From positions 1 through 64,000 of the IMG/VR virus record IMGVR_UViG_3300029911_000010: 64,000 nt of DNA; one strand, 5' to 3'. The notes under the pieces are model-generated. The model saw only the letters and a program-made list of their open reading frames with translations, had not been told where the DNA came from and ran no database searches. This DNA comes from a virus. Below, one piece after another: positions 9,786 through 19,326 of this stretch. Both the position numbers and the translations under genes were made by a program. Each line of letters starts with the position of its first letter. The first letter of the stretch is position 1.

Positions 9786-10454
9786 TTACTCCAGCGTGAC
9801 CTGCCACTCGATGCCGATCTGACTGGTTGACAGCTTGGTCTGCTGGTCGGCAGCCAGGAAGTAAAACCGGCTGAACACTATGTCGGTGGTCTTGTCGGCG
9901 GGGTTGATGATCGACACCAGAGCGCCGCCGTAGACGGTAGACCCAGCCGAGTCGCTGAACGCCTTGCCGTTGATGCCGGTGATGCCGTTGCTCATCGCGA
10001 ACATCGTCATGCGGTTGACGTCGGTGAACAGGGCCGGGTCGGATACGTCCAGCGTCGTGGCAACCAGCGGCACCCGCAAGTAGTCAGTGTCGCCACTGCT
10101 CGCCAATCCCAGATAGTATTCGATGCCGCCGGTGCGGTCGAAAGTCGGAGGCGACACCGGACCGCCGGAGTTTTTGAACTCCAGATACATTGCGTTGATC
10201 GTGTAGTTGCTGCCCGGCTGAGTCAGCGCCCTGACCGCCGCAGCTCCCCAGCTGTACAACACGTCGTTGTGCCGCCACGGGGTACGAGGCCGGGGGATAA
10301 ATCCCCTGCCACTGGCGCTGTGCATGACGATATGACGGTCATTGCCGATATGTATCGGGTCGAGTACGTAGCGTCCGGCGTCGAACCCGTCAGGCACCAT
10401 GTAGGCCCGAGCCTTGCCTTTCAACCATGCCGCAGGAATTCCTTCGCTAGTCAT
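9786..10454 (-). CDS. Baseplate/tail-fibre attachment protein (putative)
   Basis: 222 aa beta-rich with ..FSRF..K..IGIEWQVT ending; follows the wedge genes. Confidence 0.55.
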   Translation of the reverse strand: MTSEGIPAAWLKGKARAYMVPDGFDAGRYVLDPIHIGNDRHIVMHSASGRGFIPRPRTPWRHNDVLYSWGAAAVRALTQPGSNYTINAMYLEFKNSGGPVSPPTFDRTGGIEYYLGLASSGDTDYLRVPLVATTLDVSDPALFTDVNRMTMFAMSNGITGINGKAFSDSAGSTVYGGALVSIINPADKTTDIVFSRFYFLAADQQTKLSTSQIGIEWQVTLE

Positions 10455-10463
10455 GAATCGTCC

Positions 10464-12014
10464 TTATGCACAACGGCCGCCAACCTGGAAAATCCGAACC
10501 GACTCGCTTATGAACGACGGGTCGATGCCTTCGGAATACAGATTGCCAAGAAACACGGCCTGGGTTTCGCTGTACCCCGGTGCCTCTGGGGTGCCGGGTC
10601 CGTTCATTGTAATGGATGGATCGGCGTACGTCAGCTCAGCCAGCACAATCATCGCACATTGCGGCGGAATGACCATCCGCAACGCCTTCGCCGCCGTGAT
10701 GCCGACGCCCTGGGCACACGCGACGGTTTTGAGCCGCACCAGCATAACGTTGTTCCGCAGCACGTTCTGACACAGGAATTGCAGAGGGTTGATCGTTGCC
10801 GGCAGCGTCGGTGGATTGGGGTCTGTCGACTTGGCCGCTGCCGGCCGAGTGTCCAGCAGATTGGCCAGCGTATAGCCGGCATTAACGCCACGCTCGTGCA
10901 GCAGATCGAAAAATAGACTTACGTCGCCGGGAAAGCCGTCTACCTCGAAGCTTACTTTGACGAAACCATCGTCGTCCGTTACGGACGTGATCGGCACTGA
11001 GACGTTGCGGAAAATCAAGTCAGCGTAGAAGTCAGCCAGCAGCCAGCCACGTGACAGGCTCAGTCCCTTGACGTACTGGTATGCTGGCACCTGCCCGCGA
11101 TTGAATTCAAAGAACATCAGCGCATCAGTCAGCGGCTGATACTGCCGCAGCGTGTCACCGACGTTGACAATCGGCGTGGCCGCCAAATTGAACGAATACA
11201 CTTGCTGGTCGGTAATGACGATCAAGCGGTCAGGCTGGGTAACGATCAGCTGAACAATCTCACCGTCGCTCTGGCACAGCGGAACCCCGGCGATTGCCGA
11301 CCATGCACGATATAGATGCCGAAAGGCGCTGCCATCCACCAGGGCGTCGAACATCGCGTTGACAAAGTCCTTACCGGCCGGCGTGGACGGCGCATTGAGA
11401 TTCATCGCATAGCCGAACTGCTGATTGATGGCGTCACGATCGAACTGACCGCGAAGAATCCACAGGCTGCACTGCATGTCGACGACTTGACTGCCGGACA
11501 TCACCTCAATTTTGGGACACAGGGGATCGTTGAAAGGGTCGTCGCGGAAGATCAGCATTCCGTTTTTCAGCCAGTAGTCGACGTTGCAGATCAGCGTCCG
11601 GCTGGTGTTGGTCAAGCGATTGACGATGACAGGGGCCGCAACCATCCCGGCCGGTGCCGGGTAAGCCGGTAGGATCGTGCCGTTGTAGGGAGTGTCAAAC
11701 CGCGTGCTGCCGTCAAAGAAACTGATACCGTCACCGTAAGTCGGTATGCCATAGTTCTGATCCTTTTGACTCTTAATCAGCACCACCGGTTGGATCTGCT
11801 GCAAATGGGTCACAGGAATAGACTTACGGCTTATCGAAGCAAGCATGGCGTAGAAGTCGCTCAGCGCCTGATTGCCTGCGGCAGCGATCGCCACAAGCAA
11901 CGACTCGATCATGTCGCCGTTGTCGTAGGTGCTGCTCCACAGCGAGCCGATGGCTTCCAGCAGCTTACTGGGACTGTCCAGATCAGATTGCGGATATTGG
12001 TACATGTCTACCAT
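10464..12014 (-). CDS. Baseplate wedge subunit (gpI/gp7-like, putative)
   Basis: Downstream of the J-like gene; C-terminal LRMVIPPQ resembles wedge proteins. Confidence 0.55.
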   Translation of the reverse strand: MVDMYQYPQSDLDSPSKLLEAIGSLWSSTYDNGDMIESLLVAIAAAGNQALSDFYAMLASISRKSIPVTHLQQIQPVVLIKSQKDQNYGIPTYGDGISFFDGSTRFDTPYNGTILPAYPAPAGMVAAPVIVNRLTNTSRTLICNVDYWLKNGMLIFRDDPFNDPLCPKIEVMSGSQVVDMQCSLWILRGQFDRDAINQQFGYAMNLNAPSTPAGKDFVNAMFDALVDGSAFRHLYRAWSAIAGVPLCQSDGEIVQLIVTQPDRLIVITDQQVYSFNLAATPIVNVGDTLRQYQPLTDALMFFEFNRGQVPAYQYVKGLSLSRGWLLADFYADLIFRNVSVPITSVTDDDGFVKVSFEVDGFPGDVSLFFDLLHERGVNAGYTLANLLDTRPAAAKSTDPNPPTLPATINPLQFLCQNVLRNNVMLVRLKTVACAQGVGITAAKALRMVIPPQCAMIVLAELTYADPSITMNGPGTPEAPGYSETQAVFLGNLYSEGIDPSFISESVRIFQVGGRCA

Positions 12015-12027
12015 CCCATAATTAAAC

Positions 12028-12060
12028 CACCTCCCGTGTCATAAAGCGACACGGGAGGTG
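12028..12060 (-). terminator. Hairpin, probable terminator after the peptidase gene
   Basis: cacctcccgtgtc / gacacgggaggtg 13-bp stem followed by GTTTAATT on the minus strand. Confidence 0.55.
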
Positions 12061-12086
12061 ATCGACACAAGAGGTGCGTCCATCGC

Positions 12087-12914
12087 TTAAGCTGCCCGCC
12101 GCAGCAGCCGTTCGCGAAGCTTAGCTGCGTTGAACACCTTGAGATCAGCCAGCAGGTCGGACATGCCAAGACCGCTGGGACTCTTGAAGGTCTTCTGATT
12201 GATCCAGTCGGCTGAAACCGGAACGTAGGCTTCGTCGCAGATGCCATCCCAGAACGCCCAGGTCATCACCTGCGTAGCTGCCCAGGTGACACAGGTCAGT
12301 GTGTCGTTGCCGAAGTAGGCACCGATCGGCACGCAGTGACCGCCCCAGGTGCCTGGAGCGTTTTTGCCGGTGAAGCCGCCGGGAGGAACTCCCCATACGC
12401 CGCCGACCTGATTTTGCGCCGAGCTGGGCAAGTTCAAGCCGATGTTGACCGCACCAAACAGCTGAGTGGCGATCTTGACTTCATTGTGATTCTTGGGATC
12501 GATCGTGGCATAACCCAGGATCTTCTTGCCACCGATGCCGACGTGCATCCAGTAGTTCATCACGTCGACGATGGCGCAGCCGTTGTCGTTGGCACCAGTC
12601 TTGGGGTCATACGCGGCACCTTCCTCACCGGTGACCGCCACGTAGGCAGACTGAATCGCCGCATCGGGTGTGACGTACATTTTGCCGCTGGCCTTGACTG
12701 TCCAGATCTCGTCGATGTGGCCTGGCGAGGCACACGTGCAGTCACCTTCCGTATCATTGAGCATCATTTGGAAACCGGTCATGCCGCTGAGCCAGTTGAC
12801 CCGCAGCAGCGGATGGCTAGGCAACTTGGCGTGATCCAGGTAAGCGCCGAAGCGCGGAATCGACTTGTCGACTTTCTTGGCGTTTTTGCCAAGTTTGTAG
12901 TCCACGATACGCAT
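12087..12914 (-). CDS. Papain-like (peptidase C1-related) cysteine protease
   Basis: MMLNDTEGDCTCA (catalytic Cys), GGHCV (His), VTWA. Confidence 0.75.
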   Translation of the reverse strand: MRIVDYKLGKNAKKVDKSIPRFGAYLDHAKLPSHPLLRVNWLSGMTGFQMMLNDTEGDCTCASPGHIDEIWTVKASGKMYVTPDAAIQSAYVAVTGEEGAAYDPKTGANDNGCAIVDVMNYWMHVGIGGKKILGYATIDPKNHNEVKIATQLFGAVNIGLNLPSSAQNQVGGVWGVPPGGFTGKNAPGTWGGHCVPIGAYFGNDTLTCVTWAATQVMTWAFWDGICDEAYVPVSADWINQKTFKSPSGLGMSDLLADLKVFNAAKLRERLLRRAA

Positions 12915-12932
12915 ATTGGAATCCTTTCCGAA

Positions 12933-14570
12933 TTAGGCCGGCACAGGAATTTCACTGCTAACGTCGACGGCGACGTCTGAAACAGCAGTGAGAAACTGCA
13001 CCGTCCTCGGACTGATCATGGTTCCGTTCAATGACGGAACGATTAAGACTTCATCTGATCTCAGATAAACCATCTGACCGCTGGGCGCACGAATGCGACC
13101 AAAGATGTCGATGCTGCCGACACTCATGCCCTCGGGCAGCAAACTGCTGACTGCATCCTGTAGCGTTGAAGCGTAGAGCCGGCCGATAAAGCCCGTGCTA
13201 TTGACCGCCGCCGCCAACGTAGCCTGAATGGCGCTGACATCGGGGTCGGCCTGGTTGTAACGCTTGGCGATTCGCAGCGAGACTTGAGTGAAGCAGGGTA
13301 TCGCTGCCTTAACCAGCAGATCGCTTCCTACGCCACGATTGTCGTAACCTCCGGCAAAGCCCTGAATACAGTCTACTTGAGGCAGATAGCTGACGGTTAC
13401 CTGGTAGTTGGCCGTGGCCCCGACTGTCAAGTTTGTAGCCAGATCAGCGAAAGTGACGATCGAAGTTTGGTATCGGCTGTATACCCCTTCGCTGACAGTG
13501 ACGATGTCAGGTACAAAATCAGGTCCGCTCAGATCCAAACTTCGCACTTCCTGCAAGATCGACAGCGTACCGAAGTTAGCTGACGTTGGCTGGCGAATCG
13601 CGACGATCTCGTAAAACCCCGGCGCAGCGTCCCGCGTCAATGACGCCGACCATTGCCCGTTGCCGTTCTCGTCGACGGCGATCAACGTGCAAGGCATATT
13701 CAAAGTCAACGTGGCCAGCTGCGGAGTGGTTCGCACGTACCAGTCGATTCGGCCGCCGCCGACGCTGCCCGGAAAGATCGTGTGCTGATCCCGCAACATT
13801 TCTTCGTCACCACAGCCGATCACCGAGCCCACGACTCCAGCGAACGCCGCGTTGGCTCGCAACATGGCGGCCATGTTTACGCGGTTGCTGCTGGCTTTGG
13901 CGGCAATGCCCTGCTGGAATCGCGTCAGCAACTGATCGTTGGTTTCAGCGTTGACTCCGCCGATGAAGTCGTCCGTGGCATAGCTGGTCAGGTAGCCGGT
14001 AGGCAAAGCCGCCGGCACGACCAATGTATCCTTGGTCAGAATGTAGCTGTTGCCGACGTTAGTTGCCGTGACGCTGATGTTGAAAGCGTAGTTGCCGTCA
14101 TCAAGTTCTATCAGCAACACGTCTGACTGCCCGGTGACCTGAACTGCTTCCGGTTTGGCGGTGTACACCTGGTTGACGGCGAACTGCAGCCCGTTGGCCG
14201 TAAAGATGGCACCGCTGGCGATGGTGACGCTGGTAGATTGGGTTAGAACAATGGTGATCTGCCCGGTTGCAGTTGCTCCGGCTTGTCGTGTGACGTTCCA
14301 ATTCGACAGAATATCGTCGACTACTCCCGGATCGGCCAATGACGGGTTGGCTTCGACAGCCAGCAACGAACGAGCGTTGAGATAGTTATTGATCATCTCC
14401 TGCGTCATGGCCTGCAAGAGAGAGCCGTAGTAAACGATCGTATCGTGAATGACGCCGCGCTTGAGATCCAACGACGTGTTGGCCTCGGCTGCCAGTTGTG
14501 TGACTGTAGCCAAAGCCGCTGTAACGACAGTGGGGTCAAGCGAATCCAGAGTTGCGGGAACGATCGGCAT
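12933..14570 (-). CDS. Baseplate J-like (gp6) protein
   Basis: LSNWNVTRQAGATATGQI..., GGVNAETNDQLLTR signature. Confidence 0.85.
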   Translation of the reverse strand: MPIVPATLDSLDPTVVTAALATVTQLAAEANTSLDLKRGVIHDTIVYYGSLLQAMTQEMINNYLNARSLLAVEANPSLADPGVVDDILSNWNVTRQAGATATGQITIVLTQSTSVTIASGAIFTANGLQFAVNQVYTAKPEAVQVTGQSDVLLIELDDGNYAFNISVTATNVGNSYILTKDTLVVPAALPTGYLTSYATDDFIGGVNAETNDQLLTRFQQGIAAKASSNRVNMAAMLRANAAFAGVVGSVIGCGDEEMLRDQHTIFPGSVGGGRIDWYVRTTPQLATLTLNMPCTLIAVDENGNGQWSASLTRDAAPGFYEIVAIRQPTSANFGTLSILQEVRSLDLSGPDFVPDIVTVSEGVYSRYQTSIVTFADLATNLTVGATANYQVTVSYLPQVDCIQGFAGGYDNRGVGSDLLVKAAIPCFTQVSLRIAKRYNQADPDVSAIQATLAAAVNSTGFIGRLYASTLQDAVSSLLPEGMSVGSIDIFGRIRAPSGQMVYLRSDEVLIVPSLNGTMISPRTVQFLTAVSDVAVDVSSEIPVPA

Positions 14571-14578
14571 CCTTGCCT

Positions 14579-15058
14579 CTAGTTGTGAATCACCACCGGA
14601 ATCGGCAGAATCACAGGCCGGCTAGTCCCTGCCAGGCTGTTGATCTGCAAGTACAGTTTCAGTGTATCCGTCTGAACCGTCAATGATATCAGATCGACTG
14701 AATCAAGTCTTTCATCGTCAGGGTCAGTAGTGTCTTCCTCGGCTTGCAGGTTGGTTCGCACCTGCAACTCTGACAACCAGAACGCCTGCTCGGCGTCCAG
14801 CGTGGTCCGCAATTGACCGGTCTGGGCCAGCGACATGAAATCACAACCTCGCAGCGGCAGATAAAGCAAGGTGCCGGTGATCGTCAGGAATTCTACCAGC
14901 CATCGCTGCGCCAGTTTCTGAATGCCCGTGCAGATCTCGCCGGAAATGACGCCGGGGCCAGCCAGCTGATTGGAAAGAAGAACCTCTCCGGACAGCTTGG
15001 CTCCCTGGAAAGCCAGCACGTCGTAAGTACGACCGGCGTAGTTGGCGGCGCTGGACAT
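14579..15058 (-). CDS. Baseplate wedge gp25/gpW-like protein
   Basis: TGIQKLAQRWLVEFLTITGT...RGCDF, DERLDSVDL; directly upstream of J-like gene. Confidence 0.75.
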   Translation of the reverse strand: MSSAANYAGRTYDVLAFQGAKLSGEVLLSNQLAGPGVISGEICTGIQKLAQRWLVEFLTITGTLLYLPLRGCDFMSLAQTGQLRTTLDAEQAFWLSELQVRTNLQAEEDTTDPDDERLDSVDLISLTVQTDTLKLYLQINSLAGTSRPVILPIPVVIHN

Positions 15059-15522
15059 CAGACAGTTCCTGTTCCTTTGCTTTGCTTAGTCAGACCGCGA
15101 ACGTATTCAAGCTGACATTGCACCAGAGGCCCGCTGTCATCGCCGTGGCCGTTCTTGCGGCCCATGGCGTGACAGAACGTACGGGGACGTCGCATGGTGT
15201 GTCGCATACGCCAAGCCCGCTCCATTGCTGCCAGCAAGTCAATCTGCACTGTCGTGACCGCCAGATCACCGCTGGTGCCGGGGTTTTTTACGTCAGACAT
15301 CGCATCGGCAAACCATTGGTTGCTTTGTGTCCGGCTGAACATCTTTTCCATGCCCTGGAAATCGAACAGGTCGCCGTTCCAACCCTGCTTGTCGGGGATC
15401 AGCCATTGCGATTGTGCGCCAGTCAGAACGTTTTTCTGTTCTTCTTGCGCTTGCTCTTTGAGCTGGGTCACCTGCGTCTGCAGGACCGTGTCGGTATCAG
15501 CTCGTGCGTTTCCTTTGGCCAT
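15058..15522 (-). CDS. Hypothetical protein in baseplate module
   Basis: 154-aa ORF coupled to its neighbours. Confidence 0.6.
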   Translation of the reverse strand: MAKGNARADTDTVLQTQVTQLKEQAQEEQKNVLTGAQSQWLIPDKQGWNGDLFDFQGMEKMFSRTQSNQWFADAMSDVKNPGTSGDLAVTTVQIDLLAAMERAWRMRHTMRRPRTFCHAMGRKNGHGDDSGPLVQCQLEYVRGLTKQSKGTGTV

Positions 15523-15524
15523 GA

Positions 15525-16268
15525 CTAAGTTCCAAACGGGCTGAGGTTTTGTTCCTTGTTCAACAACTGCTGAATCTTAAGTTTGCGCTGGCTGATGGCA
15601 CCAGGAGTCAGCCGCAGCTTGTCGGCAATCTGCTGGTTGCTGAGCCGCTGAGCGCCACCCAGCCCCATCGACCATTCCATGATCTTCTTGTCGGTGGGCT
15701 CCAGATCGCCGTAGACCATATGCAAAAACGACTGGCCTGGCGCTGACTTGACGCCGGGGGAGTATCCGCCACCTTCGCCTGCCGTTTCGCCGAGCGAGTC
15801 AAAATAGCCGCTGCTCATGGGTGCTTGAAAGCTGCGGACGTAGGCAATGCGACGGACCGACAAGCCAGTGTGGTCGGCCAGTTCGTCCAGCGTGGCGTCT
15901 CGCCCCAGTTTGTCGTTGAGTTCAGTGCCGGATCGCTCCAGCAGCGAACGATCCAGCATCAACCGCTCAGGCACCCGCACTGGCGTGGTCGTCTTGGCGG
16001 AGTATCGTTTTAGTCCCTGCAACTGAGAGTACAGATGGTTTTTCAGCGAGCCGCGATCCGGGCTATAGGTCTGAAACGCGGACAATGCCAGCCGGCGGCC
16101 CTTGGCTTTGACCAGCGGATTAACATCGCCAACGTGAGTTCTGGCGGCCGACTCGATGATCGGATCAGCGGTATCCAGCAGCGCAGAGCTGGCTTGCGGA
16201 GATGGCTGGGCCTTCCAGGTCTTCCACTGGGATTCAATATCAGGCTCTTTTTCGTTTTGCCAGGCCAT
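15525..16268 (-). CDS. Sigma-70-family sigma factor-like protein (FliA/SigB-like size)
   Basis: Region 2-like AFQTYSPDRGSLKNH, VRVPE; region 3 ELNDKLGRDATLDELADHTGLS; region 4 LSNQQIADKLRLTPGAISQ. Confidence 0.85.
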   Translation of the reverse strand: MAWQNEKEPDIESQWKTWKAQPSPQASSALLDTADPIIESAARTHVGDVNPLVKAKGRRLALSAFQTYSPDRGSLKNHLYSQLQGLKRYSAKTTTPVRVPERLMLDRSLLERSGTELNDKLGRDATLDELADHTGLSVRRIAYVRSFQAPMSSGYFDSLGETAGEGGGYSPGVKSAPGQSFLHMVYGDLEPTDKKIMEWSMGLGGAQRLSNQQIADKLRLTPGAISQRKLKIQQLLNKEQNLSPFGT

Positions 16269-16270
16269 GG

Positions 16271-18085
16271 TTACTTCATCTCATAAGCCGGCAGCAACGG
16301 GGCTCCGGTCATCACGTTATTTCCGTAAAACGGATGGTGATCAATACTGGTCCGCTCTGCACCGTTTTCCGCTTCTGTCCTGACATGCGACAGTACGAAG
16401 CTGGTCGATGCTCTGCGTCCCTCGGCGTCAATCTCACAGGTGACACGCGTCACCTGTCCGTAAATATTCGAACCTAATTCGTCCTCGGCTCCGATGAACT
16501 TTTCCGGACTTCCGAGAATCTTCAAGTGTGAACCAGGTCCGATATCGAACCTCAGTTTACCCGAAATCGTTCCAACACGTCCACGAAGCGAGTTTTGAAT
16601 GAAAACACAGCGGGCATATTGCTGCAGCAACGTGGCAGCTTGAGGGATGAGATTGGCCGGCGTTGGTGGCTTGCCGTTGGACATGGCCGGCGGGACTGGC
16701 GGCGTTACGGTTGGCGTAGTCGCGGTCTGCGTAGCCGCATTGTTCAAAACTCCAGTGGTGTAGCCCAGGTTAGACGGTGAAGCACAGATCTCGCCGATCC
16801 AGGTCGGCACTCGCACATACAGGATCGCTCCGTCGCTGTCCCCCACGGCGTCAGAGGCGTAAGCGCCGGCGATACTGGACGGATCGCCTGTAGCCTTGTC
16901 GGTCACCGAAATGCCTGTCTCGGATTGAACTGCACCGTGTGCCACAACTGCCCGCAACGGCTTGGGCAAAGTCCCGGTCTGATCCAGATAATCGTACTCG
17001 TCGGGCGTTATCGTCCTCCAGATGCCGCCGCTGTAGCCGGGGCAGCTGGCGACGGCCACGGCCCGGTCGATCATCGGGCAAATGTCGATGCCGAATTCCG
17101 GACAGAACTTGCCGATCATGGCATCCCACAGTGTCAGATGCACTACTTCGCCGGCCAACAGATAAGACGTGGCTTTGGCTATGCCGTATTTGGCCTCGTC
17201 GACGTTCAACCCTATCATAGTTAAATTCAAGCTGTACTTATAAGGCAGACTTTGCAGCGGGCCAGCCCAAACTGGACTTTCGAATCTCGCTAATGCCTTG
17301 GCGGCTCGATCGTTTTTCTTGAGCAAATCAACACATTGCGCATTATTATCTGCGGCAGAAATGGCGTTTTCTGTTTCACCTAACGGCTGGAACCCTTCAA
17401 TCTGTGTCATGCCCCACATGAAATCTTTGAGTGTACCCCAGATATCGCCGCCTTTGTTCAAATCGTCAACAACGCTTGGTCCTCCTATCAGACTGCCTAG
17501 AAACGTGCCTTGATCTCCGATGCCGCTTTGGCCGGTGGGCAATGGAGCAATGATAGAAGGGAAGGTAAGGCTTTCGTGATTCTCCGGGTGACTGATCGAC
17601 GACAGAGAGCTGGTAAAGTTCATGTCCGTCAGCCAATGCAGCAAATGAACGACGAAGGTGATCTTGCCGCGAATTTTTGGCAGGGAAAACCCGACGTAGT
17701 AACCGTCGAAAATCACATTCTCACTGGTCGGCCACAATCGATCACCGGCTTCGGTTCTGTCGTTAGGCGAGAACTCTGACTGCGGGCCGAAAGTCAGCAT
17801 TACCTTAGCCGGCAGCATCGACGACATACTGCTCAGCGCCGAGTGAATGGCCGCATTCTGGTCGACGTGATTGGCATCTCGTCCTATCGCCAGCATGCAC
17901 ATGGATTCAGGAATCTCGTTGATGGCCCAACTGCCAGTCCACTGGACAACCTCAAAATTGATAACGATGGGAGTTACACCACTCGCATCAGCGGCGGATG
18001 CGGCGCTGTTGTCCAGTTGCAACGTTAGCGACTGGTTGTTGCCCAGTGTCGTGTAGGCCCAATTTTTAGCTGGCGCTTTGGCCAT
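16271..18085 (-). CDS. Baseplate hub protein (gp27/gpD-like, putative)
   Basis: VIFDGYYVG N-terminal barrel; C-terminal GKLRFDIGPGS...GQVTRVTCEID. Confidence 0.65.
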   Translation of the reverse strand: MAKAPAKNWAYTTLGNNQSLTLQLDNSAASAADASGVTPIVINFEVVQWTGSWAINEIPESMCMLAIGRDANHVDQNAAIHSALSSMSSMLPAKVMLTFGPQSEFSPNDRTEAGDRLWPTSENVIFDGYYVGFSLPKIRGKITFVVHLLHWLTDMNFTSSLSSISHPENHESLTFPSIIAPLPTGQSGIGDQGTFLGSLIGGPSVVDDLNKGGDIWGTLKDFMWGMTQIEGFQPLGETENAISAADNNAQCVDLLKKNDRAAKALARFESPVWAGPLQSLPYKYSLNLTMIGLNVDEAKYGIAKATSYLLAGEVVHLTLWDAMIGKFCPEFGIDICPMIDRAVAVASCPGYSGGIWRTITPDEYDYLDQTGTLPKPLRAVVAHGAVQSETGISVTDKATGDPSSIAGAYASDAVGDSDGAILYVRVPTWIGEICASPSNLGYTTGVLNNAATQTATTPTVTPPVPPAMSNGKPPTPANLIPQAATLLQQYARCVFIQNSLRGRVGTISGKLRFDIGPGSHLKILGSPEKFIGAEDELGSNIYGQVTRVTCEIDAEGRRASTSFVLSHVRTEAENGAERTSIDHHPFYGNNVMTGAPLLPAYEMK

Positions 18086-18848
18086 TGCGGATTTCCTCTT
18101 CGCGGTAAATCATCGCCAGCACCAGGCCGCCCAGCTTATAGGGGATCAACGGATGACTGGTCCACAACGACTGGAACAGGGCATAGTCGCCGGACGGCTG
18201 AACGCCAAATAGCTGCAAGCCGGTCGGCTCGCCGACAACTTTCAAGGCTTCGACAAGTTGACCCATGTCCCACTGCGGACGGTTGTAGCACCAGACTTTC
18301 CATTGCAGCGTGCCGCTTGTCGCGTTGGGTACCATGATCGAATAGCCGCTGCCAATTAGCGGAATGAAATCCAGCACCGTGGTGTAAAAGTTGTTTTGAA
18401 ATCCGGGAGAATGTTGCAGCACTTGAAATTGGTTGCCTCCCAGAGCAGTGACTGTGTAGTCGAAATAGGTCTGACCGGCTAGATCAGGTGCAGCCGGGGT
18501 GCCGTTCCATGACAGACCGCCCTGGGTATTACCCAGCGGCGTCGACCACAACTGCCAGGCGTTGCCGGTGACCAGATCGCTGGACGGGTAAGTGATGCGA
18601 GGGTCCAGCGCCGTGATGTAGTCAACCAGCTCGGTGGCTCCGATAAGCCCCAGCAGCTGAGCCGCACGATAGTTGAGCATGGCGCGGTCCGGGCTAGAGC
18701 CAAACAGAATCGAGCGGATCTGCTGAATGTAGGTTGGCAGCGTCAGCGCCCGGTATGAAGGATCAATTAGTTCCTCGCCGGGGCAGTCGTCCAGCGGCTG
18801 TTGGGAAGAGTCGATGTTGACCAGAAGATTTCTAGCGTGGTTAATCAT
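18066..18848 (-). CDS. Baseplate/tail-associated protein
   Basis: True start MINHARN at 18848 (ATGA overlap). The ORF-track extension to 19367 overlaps a real gene. Confidence 0.65.
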   Translation of the reverse strand: MINHARNLLVNIDSSQQPLDDCPGEELIDPSYRALTLPTYIQQIRSILFGSSPDRAMLNYRAAQLLGLIGATELVDYITALDPRITYPSSDLVTGNAWQLWSTPLGNTQGGLSWNGTPAAPDLAGQTYFDYTVTALGGNQFQVLQHSPGFQNNFYTTVLDFIPLIGSGYSIMVPNATSGTLQWKVWCYNRPQWDMGQLVEALKVVGEPTGLQLFGVQPSGDYALFQSLWTSHPLIPYKLGGLVLAMIYREEEIRNGQSAS

Positions 18849-19318
18849 TTGTCGGGTATCACCATGAGATTCATCGTCCACTGCACCAGAAACAAACTCG
18901 GGTCCACGACGTCGCCGGTGATGTCGGACACGAACGCCTGTAACGTCGTACTGCTGCCGATCAGGATATTGACCGGCGTCGGGCGAGCCGACAAGCGATA
19001 CTGCTTGTACCACTTGAGCATTTTTTCCAACCCGTGCTGGCCGTCGTCGCCAGGAGCGCAGCTTTTGGCAAACGACAAACCCGAGATGGACATGGTGCCG
19101 ATCCGTTCGCCGAACACGTAAATATAGATGTCTCCGCCCAGCGTGTGCAGAAACTGATAGCTGGAAGACTGAGCAACGGTCATCCGCGTGATGATCGATT
19201 TCTGCTGAGCAAAAAGAATGGACGGGTTGGGGCTGACCAGAGGTTTGGGCAACACGGCTGCCACGCCAGGATCGTTCATGGCAACCACTCGCCCAGGCAC
19301 TCCGGAAAACAGAATCAT
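18845..19318 (-). CDS. Tail-tube-like baseplate/tube initiator protein
   Basis: YQFLHTLGGDIYIYVFGERIGTMSISG; directly after the tape measure gene. Confidence 0.65.
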   Translation of the reverse strand: MILFSGVPGRVVAMNDPGVAAVLPKPLVSPNPSILFAQQKSIITRMTVAQSSSYQFLHTLGGDIYIYVFGERIGTMSISGLSFAKSCAPGDDGQHGLEKMLKWYKQYRLSARPTPVNILIGSSTTLQAFVSDITGDVVDPSLFLVQWTMNLMVIPDK

Positions 19319-19326
19319 GTCCTCTC

